IMG/VR virus record: IMGVR_UViG_3300012942_000004
Coordinates: 1-58,954 of that record
Source: a virus
Lineage: Duplodnaviria > Caudoviricetes
Reading direction: 5' to 3' (one strand)
Length of the DNA: 58,954 nt
Made by a program: the position numbers and the translations under genes. Below are positions 52,848 through 58,954 of the stretch, piece after piece; positions within the stretch are counted from its first letter, which is position 1; each line of letters opens with the position of its first letter. The notes under the pieces were generated by a model that was not told where the DNA came from, made no database searches, and saw nothing but the letters and a program-made list of their open reading frames with translations.

Positions 52848-53507
52848 ATGAGTAGTATCTATGAGCTGATGGGCAAGATTTCGGAAGAGTCTGGCTCGCT
52901 TGCAGCGACAAAAGACCCGGCCAGTGGACTGAAGTTCGCCTTCCGTGGCGTGAATGCGGTGGTGAACCACTTCGCACCACTGCTACGCAAGTACGGGGTG
53001 ATCACGGTTCCAGAGGTTCTTGAGCGAACTACAACCGCACGGGAGCTTAGCGGCGGTAAGGCTGTCACGCAGACGGACATTCTGGTGGCTTTCCACTTCA
53101 TTGCACCGGACGGTTCTGAGGTGGTTGCGACGACGAACGGGTTGGCCCAGGACTACGCGGATCGTTCCGCGGCGCAGGCCCAGTCGGTTGCCTACCGTGT
53201 AGCACTCCTTCAGACCTTCTCGTTGCCCACGGACGACAAGGAGCCAGAGGTTGCCGGTGAGGAGACGCAGAAGTACATCGAGGGCGTAAGTTCTGCTGAA
53301 ACCAAGGCTTCACCGAAGAAGGATGCCGCGGTGGAGATCGGTGACCTGAAGGCGAAGATTTCCAAGGCGGTCAAGGCTGCTGGAATCAGTGACAGCGTGA
53401 AGGATTACGGGAACAAGTTCTTCAATGGTCGCGAGGGATGGGACCAGTCGGCTGTGGCCCTGAAGAAGCTTCTGAAGTCCCTTGAGGCGGGAGAGATCAT
53501 TGACTAA
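52848..53507 (+). CDS. erf: ERF-family single-strand annealing protein
   Basis: FRGVNAV, G.AQD.ADRSAAQAQSVAYRVALLQTFSLPTDD. Confidence 0.85.
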   Translation: MSSIYELMGKISEESGSLAATKDPASGLKFAFRGVNAVVNHFAPLLRKYGVITVPEVLERTTTARELSGGKAVTQTDILVAFHFIAPDGSEVVATTNGLAQDYADRSAAQAQSVAYRVALLQTFSLPTDDKEPEVAGEETQKYIEGVSSAETKASPKKDAAVEIGDLKAKISKAVKAAGISDSVKDYGNKFFNGREGWDQSAVALKKLLKSLEAGEIID

Positions 53508-53772
53508 GGCCGTTATTGTTGAAAGCCCTGATGGTATCCACTGGGAGATGGAACCCGAGGCGTTCGAGGAGCTTGAGGACAATCTTGTCGTCGTCAAGCC
53601 GCTGGATTCCGACTACTGGGTGAAGGGTCGCCTTTCGGACATTCTCCGCGTCGTGCGACCTCCGGGAACCGCGCTGATTGACATCGGTCAGATTTTCGGA
53701 GTCGAGAAGTTCGAGGACATCGTTCCGGACGAGGTGTTTGACCTTCCGAGCGGGATCGAGGACGACGCTTGA
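53500..53772 (+). CDS. hypothetical acidic protein
   Basis: Coupled between erf and the exonuclease. Confidence 0.65.
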   Translation: MTKAVIVESPDGIHWEMEPEAFEELEDNLVVVKPLDSDYWVKGRLSDILRVVRPPGTALIDIGQIFGVEKFEDIVPDEVFDLPSGIEDDA

Positions 53773-54626
53773 CGCAGCCACGCCTCTCGCTTTACGGAGA
53801 CGCCAAAGCGTACAGCGAGGGGAGGGCCTACCGTAAACCAACGGACGGCTCCAACCATCCTTCGGTGACGACGATCCTGAAGGCCTCTGACAAGAGCGGT
53901 CTGGTCCAGTGGGCCGTGGATCAGGCAGTTGACTGGTGTGTTCAGAACTGGATGGTTCTGGGCGAACGTAGCGACGGGGACGCGAAGAGGATCGCACGGT
54001 TTCAGCACAACAAGGTCCGTAACGATAGGGCCGAAGTTGGTGACGGAGTACACGGCTGGATTGAGGCAGACCATACTGGGACGTGGGACTATCCCGAGTT
54101 GGATGATGAGCAGCAGGCGATCATTGGCCAGTGGCAGCAGTTGAAAGCCGAGCACGACATAGAGCCGGTTCTGACGGAGTTTACCACATTCATTTCCAGC
54201 AGGGGGGGGCTTACTTGCATGGGAACTGCTGATGGTTACTGGGTTATCGACGGAGTGAAGACCCTCGTTGACGTGAAGACGTCCCGCAACACACAACGGG
54301 AGCACTTCGCCCAGCTTGCGGCACTGCGCCACGGAATCGAATGGTACGAGCAGATCAACGAGATTCCACCCGAGATCACCGACGTTCCGGCAAAGAAGCT
54401 TGTCGCGTTCCTGAACGAGTACTGGGAACCGCGTACAATGCCCACTATCGACGCGAGTGCCCTCGTCCACCTCCGTGCGGATTCTCACGAGATCGTATGG
54501 ATGAATGAGGAAGACGAGTCGGCGTACTGGGATACGTTCCAGGCGTACATGTCCATCTGGTATGCAACCGAGGAGATCAAGTCCAACGAGAAACGACGGA
54601 AAGAACTTGACAAGGAGGAGTGGTAA
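53769..54626 (+). CDS. PD-(D/E)XK exonuclease (RecB/Cas4-like)
   Basis: PSVTTIL, G..VH, GTAD, LVDVKTS and QLAAL; next to erf. Confidence 0.85.
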   Translation: MTQPRLSLYGDAKAYSEGRAYRKPTDGSNHPSVTTILKASDKSGLVQWAVDQAVDWCVQNWMVLGERSDGDAKRIARFQHNKVRNDRAEVGDGVHGWIEADHTGTWDYPELDDEQQAIIGQWQQLKAEHDIEPVLTEFTTFISSRGGLTCMGTADGYWVIDGVKTLVDVKTSRNTQREHFAQLAALRHGIEWYEQINEIPPEITDVPAKKLVAFLNEYWEPRTMPTIDASALVHLRADSHEIVWMNEEDESAYWDTFQAYMSIWYATEEIKSNEKRRKELDKEEW

Positions 54627-54802
54627 TGGGTAAACTCATGTTGGTTATCGAGGACGATCAGAGATTCGAGGTTGACAACATCGACCCGGAAGTGTATGAT
54701 AGTTCCGACGAAGAGGATTTGTTCGAGGAGTACGATTATCAGATCAGTGACTACCTGTCGAGCATTTCTGCACATCTTGAATACGAAGAGGAGATTGACT
54801 AA
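54626..54802 (+). CDS. very acidic small protein
   Basis: AAGGAGGAG SD; D/E-rich 58 aa. Confidence 0.7.
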   Translation: MGKLMLVIEDDQRFEVDNIDPEVYDSSDEEDLFEEYDYQISDYLSSISAHLEYEEEID

Positions 54803-55180
54803 ATGAGAGCAACTTTTACAGGGAACGTCATTCGCGAGCCGGAGGTATGGCACCTGGCATCGGGTTCTCGTGTCAAGGAGTTTACCGTGGCCGACAATGA
54901 GCGCCGCAAGAACTCGGACACTGGTGAATACGAGAACAGTGGCCGCACGAACTTCATCCGGGTCAGCCTGTGGAACGACAACGCCGACTTCGATGTCGTG
55001 AAGGGTGACCTTGTGTCGGTCGAGGGAACCGTGTACGAGCGCACCTACGAGAAGAACGATGGAACCACCGGACGTTCCCTTGAGACGACGTTCGTGGACG
55101 AGATTTCGATCAAGTTCCCGAGCAAGGATCGAGACCCGGCACAGTCCAAGAGTGGCTTCGAGGACGACGCTCCGTGGTAA
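54803..55180 (+). CDS. ssb: single-stranded DNA-binding protein
   Basis: GNVIREPE, FTVA, F.RVSLW, KGD.V.VEG and acidic tail DDAPW. Confidence 0.93.
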   Translation: MRATFTGNVIREPEVWHLASGSRVKEFTVADNERRKNSDTGEYENSGRTNFIRVSLWNDNADFDVVKGDLVSVEGTVYERTYEKNDGTTGRSLETTFVDEISIKFPSKDRDPAQSKSGFEDDAPW

Positions 55181-55189
55181 ACTGAAGGC

Positions 55190-55461
55190 AACCGCGTCAC
55201 CCTTCCCGCGGTATAGGAAAGTAGGCAGGGAAATTGAGGGGCATCTTTCTCCGGAACGGTGCAGTCGGTTACATCGCTGGTGTGTAACTTCCACTTCATG
55301 CGGCATATTCTAGATAAAATCCGCTAGCCGGTATCAAACAGCAACTGGGGTAGGCACTCCTTCCTTGTTTTCGATCTCGGTTGTTGACCACGGGAAATCC
55401 ATCCCGGTTTGGAAAACGGATACCCGCACCTGATCCAAGATAGGGTGGGCCGGGTGCGGGT
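55190..55461 (+). ncRNA. candidate structured RNA(s): run of hairpins, two with CU-rich loops
   Basis: GGTAAACT -10 at 55176-55183; stems 55191-55212, 55241-55262, 55268-55288, 55339-55386 and 55422-55461; G:U pairs favour the + strand. Confidence 0.5.
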
Positions 55462-55465
55462 TTGG

Positions 55466-55545
55466 GGGCCTAAATTGGTTTCGACGGTAACAAAGACCGC
55501 ATGTCGGAATGTTATCGGAGCAGAGTTCAAATCTCTGTAGGTCCA
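55466..55545 (+). ncRNA. minimal tmRNA-like RNA (tRNA-like domain only, no tag ORF)
   Basis: Acceptor GGGCCTA/TAGGTCC+A with G3:U70; stemless D-loop AATTGGTTTCGAC; P2 GGTAACA/TGTTATC; GGAG linker; T-arm CAGAG-TTCAAAT-CTCTG. Confidence 0.8.
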
Positions 55546-55548
55546 CGT

Positions 55549-55607
55549 ACTGAGGTGATTGGCATAATCAAACGGCACCGTAGCCGCGCCGGTTGCCTCA
55601 GTTTTTC
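55549..55607 (+). terminator. long G:U-rich hairpin with U-tract (terminator or further ncRNA)
   Basis: ACTGAGGTGATTGGC/GCCGGTTGCCTCAGT 15 bp, inner CGGC/GCCG hairpin, then TTTT. Confidence 0.55.
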
Positions 55608-55678
55608 TTACTAGAGTGAACGTTATACGAAACCAGGGGCGCATAGTAGACTAGAGAGATTCACAACGAGAGGGATTT

Positions 55679-57931
55679 GTGAGCACGTACGATGATTGGT
55701 TCCAGTTCGCATTCTCTGACGCCTCTGGATTCATCTATCTAGACTCCCTCAAGGGCGACATCTCGTCCTACATGTGGCCCGTCAAGCGCGCGGAACTCAT
55801 CGACCAGGTTGAGTGGACCGCAGCGGCTGGTCTCTACTTCACACCCCTCACCTACACTGACGGTCGTATTGCACACAACGATGACGGCACCGTTACCACA
55901 GGTCGCCGCAAGGAGAACGCAAAACAGGGTTGCGTGGTCTTCTGTGACGCTGATACTGCACCCCCGGACTCGTTCCGACTGAAGCCTTCCGCCATCGTCC
56001 AGTCCTCCCCGGGTCGCTGGCAACTCTACTGGAAGCTCGATGCCGCGTATCCGGCCGACGACATTCTGGAAATCGCCAAGAAGATTTCCATCGCGCACCT
56101 GAACGAGGGCGCTGATATCTCATCCAGCCAGGGCAGCAAGCTCATGCTGGTTCCCGGCTCGCGAAACGCGAAGGTGAGGGACGGCGTTTTCGTCCACAAG
56201 GACCTCCCTGTCGTCACCGTAGAGTATACGGGTGTTGTCTATTCAATGGACACGCTAGCCAAGGCATATGCCGACGTTTCGGTTGAGCGCCCACGGAGCG
56301 TCGAGTACGACTCGGTTGAGGTTCCGGACCTTCTTGAGTTTCTTCCCATCTTTGACCGTCTTCCCGAAGAATCCATGGGCGGCTCCCAATTCTCCGACCT
56401 GATCTTCACCGAGCCGTGGAACATGCGTGGCAGCCGGGTGGGCGACAGGAGTGCATACCGGTACCGCCTTCTGTGCGAGCTTTTCCGGGAGAGGCTTTCG
56501 GCACAAGAGGTTCTGTCGGTTGCGTGGAACGCGAAGAGCAACAAGTGGAAGTCCGACCCGCGCGGCATACGTGGCTTCTGGGAAACCGAAGTCCTCAAGG
56601 CCCAGGCCGAGATCAATCTAGAGTTTCAGACCGGCCAGACCGCGCAAGAGCGTGAGCTTGAGGATGGCGTCAACCTCCTCGACACCGAAGAGCGTGACCT
56701 TGCAGAGTCGGACGTGAACTTCATCGTCAGTTACCAGGACTGGGCCGCAAATCGGCTCTCCCGCGCGAACCTGCCATACCACAGGCTGAACGCGTGGATG
56801 CTTCTGTCGGCCGCATATGGCGAGCATGCCACCATTCCCGACGAGGATAAGAATGTCCCGCTGAACTTCTTCGGGATGATCGTTGGCGAGTCTGGAACGG
56901 GTAAGGGAGAGGCGAAGGCCTTGTGGGGCGAAGCCCTTGAGGAATGCCTAGACGGCGGCTGGCATAAAGAAGGGTCGGCAAACATTGGGGCGAATGCTTC
57001 AAACAACGCGTTGACCGAGGCCTTGATTGAGCGTGACGGCAAAGTCTCCGTGCTCAACAACGACGAAGCGCACGGTGTGTTGAAGATCATGGCGGAGCAG
57101 CAGTGGACCGCTGGCGGTTTGGAATTGTGGACCGACCTGTACGACGGTCAGGTTCCCTCGATGCTGCGGCGTGGCAACAAGGATGTCTCCGGCAAACACG
57201 CGACCACCTGCTTCCTGGTGTGGATGCAGGGAACGTTCATCGGCATGACGGCAGCCATGAACCCAGACATGTTCTACTCGGGCTTCCTGGGGCGCTTCAT
57301 CTGGGCAGTGGGTGAACCGCCGCTACAGACGCGTGAATCCATGATCCGGCGTCACCGCAAGGCAACCACAGCATTGCGGAAGATCGACCCGACAGTGAAG
57401 CAGTGGGCCGGAGACATGTCGCGCAATCGCGCCAGGCTGAAGTCGATGTATGGTGGCGAACGTGTTCCCATCGAGTTCACCGAAGAGGCCGAGGACCGCA
57501 TGGCTCAGGCCAACTGGGACATGTTCCAGGCCGTCCAACGGCGACAGAACTCGGCACTTCTGGTGACGGCACAACGACGTATGGCTCTCTCCCTAGACAA
57601 GGCTGCGGCCCTTTTGGCCGTACACGAAGGGGCACGAGCCGTTACGTTGCGTCATGCTATTCTCGCAATCCAAGCCGCCGAAGAGTGGTTTGCGAACCTG
57701 CTGCAAATGGCAGACTCCATCGCCCTTTCCGACTGGGCACGTGACACCGAGAAGGTCATGCAGTTCATTGAGGACGAGGGGGGTATCGTCTCGGAGGTTC
57801 GGATCAATTCGGAGTTCCGCTCGATTCGCAACGACATTCGTAGTAGACTTCTGGACGACCTGAAGGGGCAGGCCAGGATTCGAGAGACGCGCATCAATGG
57901 CAAGCAGAAGGCATGGGAAGTACCAAGGTAG
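55679..57931 (+). CDS. primase-helicase (RepB-type AEP primase plus P-loop domain)
   Basis: VFCDAD, IVQSSPGRWQLYWKL and LVPGSRNAK; Walker A GESGTGKG; Walker B NNDE. Confidence 0.85.
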   Translation: MSTYDDWFQFAFSDASGFIYLDSLKGDISSYMWPVKRAELIDQVEWTAAAGLYFTPLTYTDGRIAHNDDGTVTTGRRKENAKQGCVVFCDADTAPPDSFRLKPSAIVQSSPGRWQLYWKLDAAYPADDILEIAKKISIAHLNEGADISSSQGSKLMLVPGSRNAKVRDGVFVHKDLPVVTVEYTGVVYSMDTLAKAYADVSVERPRSVEYDSVEVPDLLEFLPIFDRLPEESMGGSQFSDLIFTEPWNMRGSRVGDRSAYRYRLLCELFRERLSAQEVLSVAWNAKSNKWKSDPRGIRGFWETEVLKAQAEINLEFQTGQTAQERELEDGVNLLDTEERDLAESDVNFIVSYQDWAANRLSRANLPYHRLNAWMLLSAAYGEHATIPDEDKNVPLNFFGMIVGESGTGKGEAKALWGEALEECLDGGWHKEGSANIGANASNNALTEALIERDGKVSVLNNDEAHGVLKIMAEQQWTAGGLELWTDLYDGQVPSMLRRGNKDVSGKHATTCFLVWMQGTFIGMTAAMNPDMFYSGFLGRFIWAVGEPPLQTRESMIRRHRKATTALRKIDPTVKQWAGDMSRNRARLKSMYGGERVPIEFTEEAEDRMAQANWDMFQAVQRRQNSALLVTAQRRMALSLDKAAALLAVHEGARAVTLRHAILAIQAAEEWFANLLQMADSIALSDWARDTEKVMQFIEDEGGIVSEVRINSEFRSIRNDIRSRLLDDLKGQARIRETRINGKQKAWEVPR

Positions 57932-57941
57932 GAGGAGCACG

Positions 57942-58169
57942 ATGACAAGCTACACAACAAGGGTTGACCCGATCTTCTCGCACGACAGTTCTCTCGTCGG
58001 TTGGCGAGTGAGGGTTGGTAAGACCAAACTGCCCAGAGAATACGACTGGGAGGCCACCACGTTTACACGTAGGGGCGCATTTCGCGTGGCACGCCGGAGG
58101 ATCAGGGCCATGGCGAACGAAGAGAAGTTCACCCGCGTGCACACCTACACAAACGTGCACGATGAGTGA
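57942..58169 (+). CDS. hypothetical basic protein
   Basis: AGGAGGAG SD. Confidence 0.7.
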   Translation: MTSYTTRVDPIFSHDSSLVGWRVRVGKTKLPREYDWEATTFTRRGAFRVARRRIRAMANEEKFTRVHTYTNVHDE

Positions 58170-58554
58170 CGTTCGCAACCTTCTGCTGTGTTCTTCTGGA
58201 AGGCCGGTGGGTCACAACCTTGAACTGCTGAAGGCGGCGAAAGAATCTCTTGACCTTCCATTCCAGGTGGTTCTGCGACGAGCGTTTCCTGGGTGTGGTC
58301 GTTTTCTTGCGGTAGGTGTCCATCCCGAATGGGTGGCCGATTATGGCTATATCGCTAACTACCAAGACCAAGAGCTTGCCCACGAGTTGAGGTGGGTATT
58401 GACAGGCGATGGCATACAGCGATACGATATGCAAAGTTGCTTGACAAGGATGATGGGTCGCACGGTAGACGAGATACCGGAGCCCGGATTCGACCCGAAC
58501 GCAGACTTTGAGGCAGAGAGGAGATTCATCAATGGCACTGATCACAGTGAGTGA
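58162..58554 (+). CDS. hypothetical protein
   Basis: Overlaps both neighbours; in frame with ORF 58015..58554. Confidence 0.65.
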   Translation: MSDVRNLLLCSSGRPVGHNLELLKAAKESLDLPFQVVLRRAFPGCGRFLAVGVHPEWVADYGYIANYQDQELAHELRWVLTGDGIQRYDMQSCLTRMMGRTVDEIPEPGFDPNADFEAERRFINGTDHSE

Positions 58555-58954
58555 GTTGCGTGACTTCTTCGCCTATGACAAGGATCGAGTGAAGGTCATC
58601 GACGGGATTCCGTACATCGAACTCTCGACGGATGACACACACACCGTGCGAATCGTGAAGGAAGCAGAACGCGTTTCCATTGATGACATCCCCAGCGCCG
58701 CCAGGAAGCTCCTACAGCCACTTTTAGAGTCCGGATGGGTGATCAACCTCACCCAGTCTCAAACCCTCTCGGGAGGGGGATTCTACGGCCCTACAGCGCA
58801 GAAAGCGGGAGAGCCGAAACCCGAGAAGCTTACGACGTGGACATGGGCACACGGTTTCATGCAAGAAAATCCACGCGGTTTCAGCGCCTCGTGGGAAAAT
58901 ACAAAACCAAAGGACTTTGCACTCATAGACAGTTCGGGTGTTCGTTATGTAGAG
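58532..58954 (+). CDS. hypothetical protein spanning the circular junction (stop at 156)
   Basis: GAGGAG SD; MALITVSELRDFF... stays open to the end and continues via the repeat to TGA 154-156. Confidence 0.7.
   Translation, partial: MALITVSELRDFFAYDKDRVKVIDGIPYIELSTDDTHTVRIVKEAERVSIDDIPSAARKLLQPLLESGWVINLTQSQTLSGGGFYGPTAQKAGEPKPEKLTTWTWAHGFMQENPRGFSASWENTKPKDFALIDSSGVRYVE
58832..58954. repeat. Terminal direct repeat (copy 2)
   Basis: Identical to 1-123. Confidence 0.95.

Noticed and set aside
55466-55545. Ordinary tRNA gene or attP fragment of host ssrA
   Set aside because: No D stem or 7-nt anticodon loop; both 5' and 3' halves are present and no integrase was recognised
55546-55655. Detached tmRNA tag ORF or HDV-like (theta) ribozyme after the tRNA-like element
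   Set aside because: No short frame ending in an ssrA-like LAA tag and no HDV P3/L3 motif found by eye

Overview
The window is an apparently complete, circularly closed genome of a tailed (siphovirus-type) phage, about 58.8 kb; bases 1-123 repeat as 58832-58954. An actinobacterial host is inferred from a WhiB protein, a LAxTG sortase motif, GAAC-N4-GTTC boxes and TANNNT promoters. The minus strand (about 31.3 kb down to 2.5 kb) carries terminases, portal, scaffold, capsid, neck, two tail-tube paralogs, fibre and GH71 glycosidase, frameshifting tail chaperones, tape measure, tail tip and lysis genes. The plus strand (about 32 kb round to 2.5 kb) carries a small-gene early cassette, an amidoligase/glutamine amidotransferase pair, SF2 helicase, a duplicated block of small genes, a sortase-anchored surface protein, WhiB, ERF, exonuclease, SSB, primase-helicase, RuvC-like resolvase, phosphoesterase and SLOG protein. 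I recognised no integrase or DNA polymerase. The most unusual content is non-coding. There is an 80-nt tmRNA-like gene with the alanine tRNA-like domain but no tag reading frame, inside a cluster of RNA hairpins. There are several promoter-driven small hairpin RNAs with anti-Shine-Dalgarno loops, leaderless late genes, a type II hammerhead ribozyme and LexA-type boxes. All calls come from reading motifs by eye; no searches or folding programs were run.
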